Origin: Eledone cirrhosa
Lineage: Eukaryota
DNA length: 64,000 nucleotides
NCBI GenBank assembly: GCA_964016885.1
Contig: OZ024762.1
Span: forward strand, 5,456,001-5,520,000
Direction: 5' to 3'
Notes under the pieces: generated by a model
What the model was told of the DNA's origin: nothing
The model's input: the letters and a program-made list of their open reading frames with translations, nothing else
Databases searched by the model: none
Program-made: the position numbers and the translations under genes
Shown here: piece by piece, positions 40,520 through 54,378 of the stretch
How positions within the stretch are numbered: the first letter of the stretch is position 1
Layout of the letters: every line of letters starts with the position of its first letter

Positions 40520-40835
40520 GAAATCCAAAATTTCAGAGTTGGTACCTTGAACGTAGGCATTGAAAGGTTGCTCAAATGAGGTTGTAAAGATGCTTGAACG
40601 TAAGGAAGTTGATGTTTGTTGTGTTCAAGAGACCAGGTGGAGGGGTGGGCCTGCTAGATTCATAGTGGGCAAGAAACGATGCTATAAGATTTTCTGGATG
40701 GGATGTGATAGCGGGCTGGGTGATGTTGGAATTATATTAGCAGAAAAATGGGTAGATAAGGTAATTGACATAAATAGAGTGAATGACAGGATGATTAAAA
40801 TAAGATTTGTTATATGTTCGTTTAACTTTTCAATA
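40520..40835 (+). mobile_element. RTE LINE AP-endonuclease fragment (frameshifted)
   Basis: FRVGTLNV / VDVCCVQETRWRG / KIFWMG / VGIILAEKW / RVNDRMIKIR. Confidence 0.88.
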
Positions 40836-40943
40836 ATAAGGATGAATCTGTTGGACCTTTATAAAAATAATCTTCTCATAAACTTTCCCATTGTTATTAT
40901 TATTTCCTTCTGGAACCTTCCTATACGTTTACATGTTCGCAAA

Positions 40944-41100
40944 TCTATATATCTAAAACAGAGAATGTCTGTCTGTCTGTCTGACTCCCTAAAACTCGAG
41001 AACCACCCAACCAATTTTTTTTCAAACTTTACACATGTAATACTTATGGTCGTGAGTGTTTTGAGCAAAAAATATTTCAAATTTTCAATGCTCTTGGGAC
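40944..41100 (+). mobile_element. Non-autonomous Helitron-like 5' end
   Basis: A|TCTATATAT..AAA, (GTCT)n, CCCTAAAACTCGAGAA. A second copy lies at 58575-58720. Similar minus-strand ends near 39195 and 5540; 3'-hairpin-like ends at 2253-2285 and 39391-39420. Confidence 0.55.
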
Positions 41101-41249
41101 CGCATTAGGCGCTGTTTAGCGATCTCTCTATCTTTCTTAGTCTGTCCTTTTAGATAGATACATAGCTATAATGTTACGCCCTTATAATATCTGTCTGCAT
41201 TACAACATTGACTTTGCTATCTCTGTGTGTGTGTATATATGTATATATA

Positions 41250-41291
<42 letters not shown>

Positions 41292-43179
41292 TGTAACGTT
41301 TTTCAAAATATTTACTTCTACGTTCATAGATTGATATTTTTTTAGTTTCAACCGCATGGTTTCAGGCCTTGTTCTAATATGTTTCACCTTGGACATGTCT
41401 TCTATCATAGCCCCAGTATGACCAATATTGGTGAGGAGGTTTTGATAGACAGATACCAGTCAAATATATGTACCCATAACCATGTTTATATGCTTATATC
41501 ATCATCATATTTTAATGTCCATTATTCTATCCTTTAAAGCAGGCCAGGAGCTTATTTTCAGATTTGGCGTGGTTTCTACAGCTAAATGCCCCACATATTA
41601 CTAACCACTTTACAGAGTGTATTGGGTTTGTCTTATGGCACCAACGCTAGAGGTTATCATGTCCTTGGCACCACTGAGGGTTTGCTCAATTCTATTTGAC
41701 ATGGTTTTTACAGCTGAATGTCTTTCCTAACACCAGCCACTTTACAGAGTATACTGGAGAGGTTGTTGTGTTCATGATATAACAGAAGGTCCTTCTCTAC
41801 TCTGCAGATATATTTAGAGGTGACAATAAGCTAAGTGGGTTAAAATAAGTAACAAACTGAAATGAGAACTGGAGTCAAATTGTTCACATTAAACCTTTGA
41901 AGTCTGAAACCTGTAAAAGAGTATCACCTCAGTTCCTTCTTCTCTCTCTCCTCACCCCTCCCCTGCTCTCTCCTCCCTTTCCTCTTGCCTTCTCTTGCAC
42001 CCTCTTTCTCCACTCGCTCACACTTTCTTCTCTTCTCTCTGTTCACTCCTCTGTCCTCTTCTCCATCCCCTCCTCCTTTTCTTTCTCTTCTCTACCCAGG
42101 AGAGACTCAGGTGATTTTGATTTTCTCTATCTTTCTATATTACATTCTTTTCTTTTTTCCTGTCTTCACACATTTCATTTCTCCTCCTCTCCTATCTCTC
42201 CCTCTATTTATCTATCTATCTATCTCTCCTTCTGTCTCTATCTTTCTCCCCCTCTCCTACTTTCTATCTCTCTTTCTTTTTCCCTCTCGCTCTCTATCGC
42301 AGTATTTCCCTCTATCTTCCTCTGTCTCTCCCTCTATCTATCTCTATCCATCTATCTATCTCTCCTTCTGTATCTATCTATCTATCCCTCCCTCCCTTTA
42401 TCTCAGCCTCTATCTATCTATCTATCTATCTATCCCTCCCTCCCTTCCTTTATCTCTGCCTCTCTCTCTCTCTATCTATCTATCTATCCCTCCCTCCCTT
42501 TATCTCAGCCTCTATCTCTGCCTCTCTCTCTCTATCTATCTATCTATCTATCCCTCCCTCCCTCTATCTATCTATCTATCTCTCCCTCCCTCTATCTATC
42601 TATCTATCTATCTCTCCTATCTCTTCCTCTATCTATTTCTGTCCTGCTCCTCCCATCACCATCATCACCATCATCACCATCATCATCAGTTTGGAGTTCC
42701 CCCTCAACAGATTCATTACAGTTGTTAGTATCACTATTAATATTAGTATTGTAGCTGGTGTAGGTGTTGGTATTGTTGATGGTAGTGTAGTAAATATTGA
42801 TGTCACCGTGTGAGATGAAAATATACTGCGGTTGCTATGTCTTACTGCACCACCACCACTGATTGGTATTGACTGCAGCTGGTGGTGGGGGCTAGCACTG
42901 CCGTTGGTGCGCCGGTTGTTTCCATTTGGTTGAAAGAAGCTACCAGCAACAGCGCTGTGTCTTGGTTGGTATCCGACAAAACTTTCGATGCTTCTTCTGT
43001 CTTCTACTTAACACCCCTTTACCACCACCACCACCATTACTACAATCAGAACATCACTACCACCACCACTACCATTACTACAGCTGGGATATCCCCCCCC
43101 CCCCCCCCTACAACCACAACATCACCATTACTATAACCAGTACATCAGCTACAGCACCACCACCACTACCATCACCCCC

Positions 43180-43800
43180 CCTCCCGGGACACCACCACTA
43201 CCATCACCCCCTCCCAGGACACCAGCACCACCACCGTTACGCCTCCTCCCAGGACACCACCACTACCATCACCCTCTCCCAGGACACCACCACTACCATC
43301 ACCCCCCTCCCGGGACACCACCACCACTTCCATCAACCCGCGCCCGGGACACCACCACCACCACTACTGTTACTCCCCCTCCCAGGACACCACCACTACC
43401 ATCACCCCCACCCAGGACACCACCACCACCACTACTGTTACTCCCCCACCCAGGACACCACCACTACCATCACCCCCACCCAGGACACCACCACCACCAC
43501 TACTGTTACTCCCCCTCCCAGGACACCACCACTACCATCACCCCCACCCAGGACACCACCACCACCACTACTGTTACTCCCCCACCCAGGACACCACCAC
43601 TACCATCACCCCCACCCAGGACACCACCACCACCACTACTGTTACTCCCCCTCCCAGGACACCACCACTACCATCACCCTCTCCCAAGACATCACCACTA
43701 CCATCACTCCCTCCCAGGACACCACCACTACTACCATCACTCCCTCCCAGGACACCACCACCACCACCACTACCGGTACTCCCCCTCCCAGGACACTACC
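43180..43800. repeat. CCCAGGACACCACC minisatellite
   Basis: Direct inspection. Confidence 0.9.
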
Positions 43801-43936
43801 ACTACGCCCCCTCACCATTCCCCCTCTGTTCTATCTGAAACAAGTTAAAGACTGAACTGAAAGTAGAAATGGTCGCCTCAACATTTCACCTCAGGTACAT
43901 TATACACCACTTCTTCGTTGTAGCTGTTGTTGTATA

Positions 43937-43967
<31 letters not shown>

Positions 43968-44435
43968 GTGTGTGTGTGTATGTGTGTATATATACATATG
44001 TATGTATGTGTATGTATATATATATGTATGTATGTGTATGTGTATATATATATATGTATGTATGTATGAATATACATATATATATATGTGTGTGTGTATG
44101 TATGTATGTATGTATATATGTATGTATGTAGATATGTGTGTGTATGTATGTGTGTGTGTGTGTGTGTATGTATATATATATATGTGTGTATATAGGTATG
44201 TGTATGTATATGTGTGTGTATATATATGTATATGTGTGTGTATATATATGTATGTATGTGTGTATATATATATATGTGTGTGTGTATATTTATGTGTATG
44301 TGTGTATATATATATATGTGTGTGTATATATATTTATGTGTATATGTATATTTATGTGTATGTATATGTGTATATATATATGTGTATGTATATGTGTGTA
44401 TATATATATATGTATGTGTATGTGTGCATATATAA

Positions 44436-44466
<31 letters not shown>

Positions 44467-45140
44467 CGTATTTGTGTATATATTATTGTAGAAATGGTCA
44501 CCTCAACATTTCACCTCAGGTACATTATACAACACTTCATTGTAGTAGTAGTAGTAGTAGTAGTAGTTGTTGTATAGAAGTGTGTCTGTGTATAAATGTG
44601 TACATTAATGTGTATATAAATATGTGTGTATAAAGGTGTGCTTGTATAAATGTGTATGTATGTATAAATGTGTGTGTGTGTGCATGTGTATGCGTGTATA
44701 AATGTGTGTGAAATGGAAGTGCAGTGCCCATAGCCTTTCTATACTGCAGTGGTCAGCTGAGCATCTTGGAAATGTGCAAATTACACACACATAGATTGAC
44801 ATACACACACACAAACTACATATACACAAACTGACACACACACACACAGACTGACTGACACACACACATACAAGCACATAGACTGGCATACACACACAAA
44901 CTACATACACACGCACAAACACAGATTGGCACACAAACTACATATACAAACACAAGCAACATATACATACAGACAAGCTATATATATATATATATATACA
45001 TATACACACACACAGACAAACTACATATACATACAGACAAGCTATATATATATATATATAGTGATAATAATAAATTTGAAGACTAAAATCCAAAGAGGGC
45101 TCGATAAGGATAAATATATATCAAATATATAAGAACCGTA

Positions 45141-45183
<43 letters not shown>

Positions 45184-45639
45184 GACAAGCTACATATACA
45201 CACATACAAGCTACATATACACACATACAGAAGCTATATATATATATATATATCAAAAAGTTTGACCCCGACGGCAGAGCTCAAGCCGTTTCGACGGCTA
45301 TTGCTGGACTATATATATATATATATATCCACACACACAAGTTACATATAGAAAATATATAGAAATTCCTGAGATCATCTACCCCCTGTTGATGCCATAT
45401 TTCCAATACACTGCCTGTGTTAGAATTAATTTTGAAATAGTAGTAAAAGAAAATAGGAACATACCCTCCCCCATAACAAAGTCCAATCAAAGACAAGACT
45501 GCCATGTAAATCTAACCACCTTAAACACACTCTTCCACACACAAGGAGGCAACTATCTTCTAATAACACCCTCCCCTAAAAAGAACCCTATTATAGCTTA
45601 TTTAGCAACCACTAATCACTAACACATGCAAATAGCGTT

Positions 45640-45810
45640 GACCAGTAAGCAATTTCAATAATGAACAAGGTCACGCCAAACCGGGCACGAATAACTGGCG
45701 CCAAGACATCACTCATCACCAGGAAAGCTGTATGCCCCACCCGTAACTTCAGAGTGGCAACCTTCAATGTAAGGACGCTGAAAGGTAGCTCAAGTGAGAT
45801 TGTGTGTGTT
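45640..45810 (+). mobile_element. RTE endonuclease N-terminal fragment
   Basis: FRVATFNVRTLKG motif. Confidence 0.6.
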
Positions 45811-46002
45811 GGCTGCTGTGAGCCAGGCTCCATACAGTGGGTCTGCACCTATCCTTCATCATGGTGGCATCATCTAGTATTGGGGCCCTCAACTATGGTT
45901 ACGCTTTGAGTTGGGTTAGGCTCCTCGTATCAGTGCCATCCGGTACTGGGCTCCAACTGGCCCCTTCACATAGTGGCACCATCCAGCACCAGGAACCCCC
46001 CC

Positions 46003-46440
46003 GAAATATCAAATATTGCTGTCATATAAACAGACAATATTTAACATTGTCTATTTATATGACAGCAATATTTGACATTGTTTATTTATATGACAGCAAT
46101 ATTTGACATTGTCTATTTATATGACAACAATATTTGACATTGTCTGTTAATATGACAGCAATATTTGACATTGTCTATTTATATGACAGCAATATTTGAC
46201 ATTGTCTGTTAATATGACAGCAATATTTGACATTGTCTATTTATATGACAGCAATATTTGACATTGTCTGTTAATATGACAGCAATATTTGATATATATT
46301 TTCTATTAATATGACAGCAATATTTAACATTGTCTGTTTATATGACAGCAATATTTGATATATATTTTCTATTAATATGACAGCAATATTTAACATTGTC
46401 TGTTTATATGACAGCAATATTTGATATATATTTTCTGTTT
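46003..46440. repeat. 31-bp minisatellite whose first unit is inverted
   Basis: GACAGCAATA at 46061, 46092...; TATTGCTGTC at ~46014. Confidence 0.9.
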
Positions 46441-46584
46441 ATTATGTGTAATTGTTTGTCTAGTTTTTTTGGCTGTATATATAAGTGTGAGTATATGTGT
46501 ATAAATGCTTGAATGTGTTTGTACATTTTTATATATATATGTGTGTGTGTGTGTGAATGTTTGTTCATGTATATGTGTCTAAAT

Positions 46585-46975
46585 GCCTGCTCTGTACGTG
46601 TGTATATAATATATATCAACCTCTGCTCTGTACGTGTGTATATAATATATATCAACACCTGCTGTGTACGGGTGTATATAATATATATCAACATCTGCTG
46701 TGTATATAATATATATCAACACCCACTGTATATATAATATATATCAACACCTGCTGTGTGTATATATTATATATCAACACCCACTGTGTATATAATATAT
46801 ATCAACACCTGCTGTGTATGTGTGTATATAATATATATCAACACCTGCTGTGTATGTGTATATAATATATATCAACCCCCACTGTATATATAATATATAT
46901 CAACACCTGCTGTGTATGTGTATATAATATATATCAACACCTGCTGTGTATGTGTATATATAATATATATCAGTA
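46585..46975. repeat. ~28-34-bp minisatellite TATAATATATATCAACACC
   Basis: Direct inspection. Confidence 0.9.
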
Positions 46976-47365
46976 TCTCCCTGATCTCCTAGACATGGTC
47001 CCTTCTCCCTTGAGCAAAGAAAGGAACTACATGTCTACAAATGGCCAGTTAAGAAGTTCACCTTGTAGGTGTTAGGTTCCAGGTTTGAGTAAATCAAGAA
47101 TTTGAAGAGATTTACCAAAAAGGCTAACTTTGGAATATAAAAATGGTTCTGTTTTTGTTCTTTTCAACTTAAAATCATGATGACCGAAAGAATATGATCA
47201 TGAATATAGGGGCTGAAATGCTGTTCCTCTAAAGGGTCTTTGGAGTAACATTACTCAATAGAATGCATAGCTCAGGTGTGGTGGGAAAAGAGGATGGAAG
47301 ATCACGGTTGGCTTTGGACTCAGAATGTAAAGATCTGCAGCAAATGGTGTCTAACTATTCACATA

Positions 47366-47571
47366 CGAGGGTTGGATGAAGAGTTCATAGGCTGACCAAG
47401 ATACTCTCATGGATTGACCAACATGGGGTTTATTTTTCAACATAGTCCGAAGAAAGAAACAATATAGTTATTAATAAGGGTTGAACTTAAGACATGCAAG
47501 ATTCCACAGCTATTCTGTATGTGTGTATTACTCCTTCATAGTCAGCCTATGAACTTTTCAGCTGACCCTCG
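47366..47571. mobile_element. Mariner-type MITE (TA TSD, CGAGGG TIR)
   Basis: TA|CGAGGGTTGGATGAAGAGTTCATAGGCTGAC ... GTCAGCCTATGAACTTTTCAGCTGACCCTCG|TA. Confidence 0.8.
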
Positions 47572-48419
47572 TATATATAGGACAGAGGTGTAGTTGATTG
47601 ACACTCACTGGCTCTTGTACTTATTAGTCCCCCTTATTCCTCATCCCAAGGGGTGAGGTAATGAAAGGCACAGTGAATCAGCCCTAAATGGTTTTAACCT
47701 ACACTGTGTTCCTTCCCTACTCTCCTCTGTCTCATAGGATGGGACAATGAAAATTAGATTGAATCAATCCTAGAAGATTTTAAACTACATATTGATCCCT
47801 CTCCCACTCTTCTCCGTCCCAGGGGTGGGGGACAATGGAAATCAGAGTGAATCAACTCTAGGTTTTAAACTGCTTAGTCATTATCCCCACCCTTTCATCC
47901 CAAGGGATAGGGCAATGAAAGGCAGGAGTAAATCAACTGGAGAAAGTTTTAAACTACTTATTCATTACCCCCTTCCTGTTCCAAGGGGTGGGGCAATGAG
48001 TCATTTTTTTTTTTGCCACCCCTGCTATATATAAAAAAGAAAACCTTTGCAATTAACCTTAGCATTTAATTTCATAATTAGTTGTGTGGGGTGGGGGTAC
48101 AGTCGCCTTTTTATTTTACTCTCTAATGTTAATATTTTTGTTGATTGTCATTCATTTATTTATTGTCTGTAGTTTACATTTCATATACAGCTATCACCCT
48201 TAACAACAACAGCAACAACAACAAAATGTATTCATTGTCCTTTTATCAAGGTGGCACCAATCAAGTATGGATTTATGTCCTGGGTACCCCTTATCAAACA
48301 GGGCTCCCTCTAGGAACAGCCATGAGCATTCCCAAACCTGAACTGCTTTGGGTCCCCCACTGTCTAAATATAGCACTGACACTAATCCTTATTTTCATTT
48401 TGTCATAGGAGGAACGATA

Positions 48420-48740
48420 GGAATAGAGACAGTGAAGGATGTTGTGATGGGATGGTTAGGTCATGTGTTGAGGAAAGGTGGAAGTGACTGGATGGGAGGA
48501 GAATAGAGACAGTGAAGGATGTTGTAGTGAGATGGTTGGGTCATGTGTTGAGGAAAGGTGGAAGTGACTGGATGGGAGGAGAATAGAGACAGTGAAGGAT
48601 GTTGTAGTGAGATGGTTGGGTCATGTGTTGAGGAAAGGTGGAAGTGACTGGATGGGAGGGAAATAGAGACAGTGAAGGATGTTGTGATGAGATGGTTGGG
48701 TCATGTGTTGAGGAAGGACGAACATGACTGGGTGGGAGAG
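48420..48740 (+). repeat. 80-bp tandem array derived from the same RTE region as 19528-20570
   Basis: GGATGTTGT..GATGGTTGGGTCATGTGTTGAGGAA..AAGTGACTGG at an 80-bp period. Confidence 0.88.
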
Positions 48741-49634
48741 GAGAGGTGAAAATATATTTAAAATATTGAGTTTTACATTTCAGTTAGGCTCCTCATAGGT
48801 TTATCATCATCATCATCATCATCATCATCACATGCCAGTTTTTTCCATGTTAACATCGATTAAACAGGTCTTTAGAGATACTATGGCCTCCTATACAGGT
48901 TTGGGGGCCACATCTTGCTCAACAAGTTCCATTTTGGATACAATTTCAATGCCTTTATGTCCTTCCTCTACCAACCACATTACAAAGTGTACAGGGTGCA
49001 CTTTAGTCTGGAACCAGCACTACAGAGGTTGTTGTGTTCTTTATGTGGTTCAAGGTTCCAACCACTTTAATCTGCTGTCTTACTTGAATTAATAATATAT
49101 TGTCTGCTAGAATGTCTCAGGAAAGAACCACTGGACAGGGTTTATGGTCAAAACCAACTGACAGGAGACTCGGGGGCAAAATGGTTGGATAACATCCATG
49201 AGCTTGGTTGGTCTCACTTTGGAATCCATCTGGATCAATTGGAAATGGTTGCTTCTGGTGAAACCCTCTTGAAGGAGTGTCTGAGGACTCTTCCCCCATG
49301 ACCCTCCCAGGATTAAGTGGGCCAAGAAGAAGAGGCATATTTATTTTCTCAGCGCACAGTCCACACTGTAAATGTGGTTGGCATTGGGAAGGGCCGTATA
49401 AATCATGCCAGAGACATGGTCACCTGATCTGACTTGTCTCACAACGGGACAACTCATCTAACTCATGCTAGCCTGGAAAAATGTACATTAAACGATGATG
49501 ATGATGATTCCATACTTCCACAACATTTTTTAAGCCTTTTAAGTGATTAATCATTTTTTTATTTAAAAAAAAAAGAACGAATAAAACAAAATAATTCCCC
49601 TCCCTCATGTCTTTCTCTTTCTTTTTTGTTACAG

Positions 49635-49811
49635 AAATCTTTAAATTTTAAAGTGCCATCGACAGCTTCCCCTAGTTTGAAGATGGGTTCTACTGCTTAC
49701 AAACTGCCCTTACCAATATCTTCCAAACCCAGGCTTGACCGGTCTTGGAGTGAATCTGTCAAATCTGGGAGAATCACCGATTTGTCTGTTCAGGAAATCA
49801 AGCGACAAGAG
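49635..49811 (+). CDS. ARHGEF3: Exon D (KSLNFK...RSWSESV...QEIKRQE), start of DH domain
   Basis: ttacag acceptor, GAG|gtaagt donor, 59 codons; WSE and EIKRQE motifs. Confidence 0.95.
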
Positions 49812-49869
49812 GTAAGTTCAGTGGCTAATGCTCCCCCCCCCCACCCCTCCTCCTCCTCCTCCTATCACC

Positions 49870-51940
49870 ACCACCAGTCTACTACTATTACAACCACCAC
49901 CACCAGTCTACTACTATTACAACCATCACTATAAGTCTACTACTATTACCACCACCACCACTATAAGTCTACTACTACCACCACCACCACTATAACTCTA
50001 CTACTATTACCACCACCACCACAACTGTCTACTAGTATTACCACCACCACCACTATAACTGTCTACTACTACTAGTACTACCACCACCACCACTACTACT
50101 GTCTTCTGCTACTACTACCACCACTATAACTCTACTACTATTACCACCACCACCACTATAACTGTCTACTACTATTACCACCACCACCACTATAACTGTC
50201 TACTACTACTACTACCACCACACCACCACTACTGTCTACTACTACTAGTACCACCACCACCACCACTACTACTGTCTTCTGCTACTACTACCACCACACC
50301 ACCACTACTGTCTACTACTACTAGTACCACCACCACCACCACCACTACTGTCTTCTACTACTACTACCACCACACCACCACTACTGTCTACTACTACTAG
50401 TACCACCACCACCACCACTACTACTGTCTTCTGCTACTACTACCACCACACCACCACTACTGTCTACTACTACTATTACCACCACCACCACCACTACTGT
50501 CTTCTGCTACTACTACCACCACACCACCACTACTACTGTCTACTACTACTAGTACCACCACCACCACCACTACTACTGTCTTCTGCTACTACTACCACCA
50601 CACCACCACTACTGTCTACTACTACTATTACCACCACCACCACCACTACTGTCTACTACTATTACCACCACCACCACCACCACCACTATAACTGTCTACT
50701 ACTACTAGTACCACCACCACCACCACTACTACTACCACCACACCACCACTACTGTCTACTGCTACTACTACCACCACACCACCACTACTGTCTACTACTA
50801 CTAGTACCACCACCACCACCACCACTACTGTCTACTACTACTAGTACCACCACCACCACCACTACTACTGTCTTCTACTACTAGTACCACCACCACCACC
50901 ACTACTGTCTACTACTACTAGTACCACCACCACCACCACCACTACTGTCTACTACTACTAGTACCACCACCACCACCACTACTGTCTTCTGCTACTACTA
51001 CCACCACACCACCACTACTGTCTACTACTACTAGTACCACCACCACCACCACTACTGTCTTCTGCTACTACTACCACCACACCACCACTACTGTCTACTA
51101 CTACTAGTACCACCACCACCACCACTACTGTCTTCTGCTACTACTACCACCACACCACCACTACTGTCTACTACTACTAGTACCACCACCACCACCACTA
51201 CTACTGTCTTCTACTACTACTACCACCACACCACCACTACTGTCTACTACTACTAGTACCACCACCACCACCACTACTACTGTCTTCTACTACTACTACC
51301 ACCACACCACCACTACTGTCTACTACTACTAGTACCACCACCACCACCACTACTGTCTTCTGCTACTACTACCACCACACCACCACTACTGTCTACTACT
51401 ACTAGTACCACCACCACCACCACTACTGTCTTCTGCTACTACTACCACCACACCACCACTACTGTCTACTACTACTAGTACCACCACCACCACCACTACT
51501 GTCTTCTGCTACTACTACCACCACACCACCACTACTACTGTCTACTACTACTAGTACCACCACCACCACCACCACTACTGTCTTCTACTACTACTACCAC
51601 CACACCACCACTACTGTCTACTACTACTAGTACCACCACCACCACCACTACTACTGTCTTCTACTACTACTACCACCACACCACCACTACTGTCTACTAC
51701 TACTAGTACCACCACCACCACCACCACTACTACTGTCTTCTACTACTACTACCACCACACCACCACTACTGTCTACTACTACTAGTACCACCACCACCAC
51801 CACTACTACTGTCTTCTACTACTACTACCACCACACCACCACTACTGTCTACTACTACTAGTACCACCACCACCACCACTACTACTGTCTTCTGCTACTA
51901 CTACCACCACACCACCACTACTGTCTACTACTACTGTCTT
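49870..51940. repeat. (CCA/CTA/GTCT) compound minisatellite
   Basis: Direct inspection. Confidence 0.93.
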
Positions 51941-52059
51941 CCCTCTTCAAGAAAGTAATGTGATCTAATGGCTAGGGTTTTAAACTCACACCCATGAGGT
52001 TGTGGATTTGAATCTTGAACTATTCAGCAGCTAAAAAAAAGAAATGATTCCCACCACCC

Positions 52060-52690
52060 TGTCATTAAAACACCTAAGAAGCTCCCTATCAGATATAACC
52101 TAAAGCTACATAGGTGTGAATTGTATAAACAATAACATGATAGGATTGGGTCCCTTGTCGTTAAAACACTCAAGAAACCTTCTATGAGATACAACCATGT
52201 GCGAGGCTTGCTAAACCTACATAGGTGTGAGTTGTAACAACAGTGTTAGGACAGGTCCCTTATTAAAACACCTGAGAAACCTATAAGATACAAACTTGTA
52301 GAAGGCCAGCTAAACCTATATAGGTGTGAGCTGTAATAACATGATAGGACTGGGGCTCCTACCATTAAAATACCCAAGAAACCTCCTATGAGATGTCAAC
52401 TTACAGGAAACCTAAACCTACATAGTTGTGAACTGTAACAATAATAGAACTGGGTCCTTTATTGTTAAAGCACCCCAAAAACTTTGTATGTGATTCAACC
52501 TTATAGGAGGCCAGCAAAACCTACATAAGTGAGCTGTAACAACATTATATCACTAAGGACGCTATCATTCAAAAATCCCAGAAACCTCCTATAAGATATA
52601 ACTGTAGGAGTACAACTAAACCTACATAGGTGTGAACTGTAACAATATGACAGGACTGGGGCCCCCTATTATTAAAACACCTGTGAAACC
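52060..52690 (+). repeat. ~100-bp degenerate tandem array, ~6 copies
   Basis: TTAAAACAC-like starts at about 52065, 52161, 52263, 52364, 52464, 52569, 52672. Confidence 0.88.
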
Positions 52691-53867
52691 TCATATTATT
52701 ATCAAATCCTGCCGAAATTAGCTTTGCTTTTCATCCTTACAGGGTTGATGAAATAAAGTACCAGTAATGAGCTGGGGTCGATTTAATTGACTTTCTCCTC
52801 CTCTTCAAATTGTTGGCCTTGTGCCTGAATCAAACCATTATTATTATTAGCACAGTGTCCCATTAGAAATACTGTGAGGGGGCAATTTAAAACTAAAGAA
52901 CTTCAGTTCAATTGGTAATGTGGGGGGGGGGGGGGGGGATTCTGTTTGGTTTTATAGGGTTTTGTAGTTGTCTATACTTTTGATACCATTCAAAGAAATA
53001 TCGTTAGTGCCGTTAACTAAATTAGTGTGGCTCTAATTTCTTACACTTTCTTACATTACTCACTTTTTATTATTTCTTGGCTGGGAGTGTTTTTTTTTGT
53101 TGTTTTTTTTTATTACATTTCTCATTTTATATTTGTCTACCTCTCTCACCTTCATATATACCCCCTCCCCCCATATCTTTTCTACCTATCTCACCTTCGT
53201 ATATACCCTCCCACCACCGTATCTTTTCTACCTCTCTCACCTTCAGATATACCCCCCACCACCATATCTTTGTCTACTTCCCTCCCTCTCTCTCTCTCTC
53301 TCTCACCCTCACATGTATCCCCCTCCAGGTATCAATGATAATAAATTTTGAAGTAAGAATTTGAAAATTTATCTGATTTGTTAGTATTACAATTGAGGAG
53401 TTACTGTTCCTTTGTTCAGTCTCTGTTTGTGTGTGTATGTATGTCTTTGTGTATGTGCCTCTGTATGTGTTTGTGTCTGTCGGTATGTGTGTACATGTGT
53501 GTGGGGTGGTGATGGTAAAGTCATTAAAGTGTTGAATTAAATACTTTGCTTTGCTATGTTATTTACTGCAGCTGTCTGTGTTCTGAGCTCCAGTGTAGAA
53601 CACAACATACAACAGAGAACATTAGAGATAAATAAACAGAACATAATAGGTTATTATATTTCTTGTTAATAGGAAAGTAGGGAGTTGGCAGTCATTAGAG
53701 CATCACACTAACTTATACATACATATATATATATATATATACACACGTGTACACAAGGTAGTCAGTAGAAAAATACAAACCGTAGGTAGTCTTGGTAACA
53801 TAAATTGGAACACTAAGTGAAATGTGTGTGTATTAGTGTCAATATTATGTATGAGTCTATGTGTATG

Positions 53868-53926
<59 letters not shown>

Positions 53927-54112
53927 AACATGTATATATATGTCTATGGGTGGATTCCTGATGGTTATTGAGAGGTGATCACAGTTAAAAATTGTACTCA
54001 GTATGTTAGTAGGACTTACCTGATGATTTCATACAAATGAAACAGTTCTAGTCCTGTCATCAGTGAAAATAATTTAAATATCAATTATTTATCTTCTTAT
54101 TTGTCCCTGCAG

Positions 54113-54175
54113 GCAATATTTGAACTTTACCAGGGAGAACTTGACCTCGTACAAGATCTGGGAGTAGTAAAAACG
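54113..54175 (+). CDS. ARHGEF3: Exon E (AIFELYQGELDLVQDLGVVKT), DH CR1
   Basis: ctgcag acceptor, ACG|gtatgt donor; AIFEL.QGE.DL motif. Confidence 0.96.
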
Positions 54176-54378
54176 GTATGTATGTCTTTCTACAATTTTA
54201 ACCAATTCTTTCTTTTGTTTGTTAACCTTGTGTTGTATCTATCATACTAGCCATAGTTACGCTGTGTCTCTCTGTCATAACAGCTGACTAAATCCTTCTT
54301 CTCTCCCCCCTCTCTCTCTCTAAACAAATTGGACATGTTCAGGCCAGAAGGGCAAGGGATGTGCTCCACCAGGTTTAA

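Noticed and set aside
43862-44575. 60-bp direct repeats flanking a microsatellite (LTR-like)
   Set aside because: No TG..CA ends, PBS or PPT; best explained as a local tandem duplication.
52060-52690. Twister ribozyme in the ~100-bp unit
   Set aside because: Only vague motif similarity on the minus strand; pseudoknot pairings could not be found by eye.
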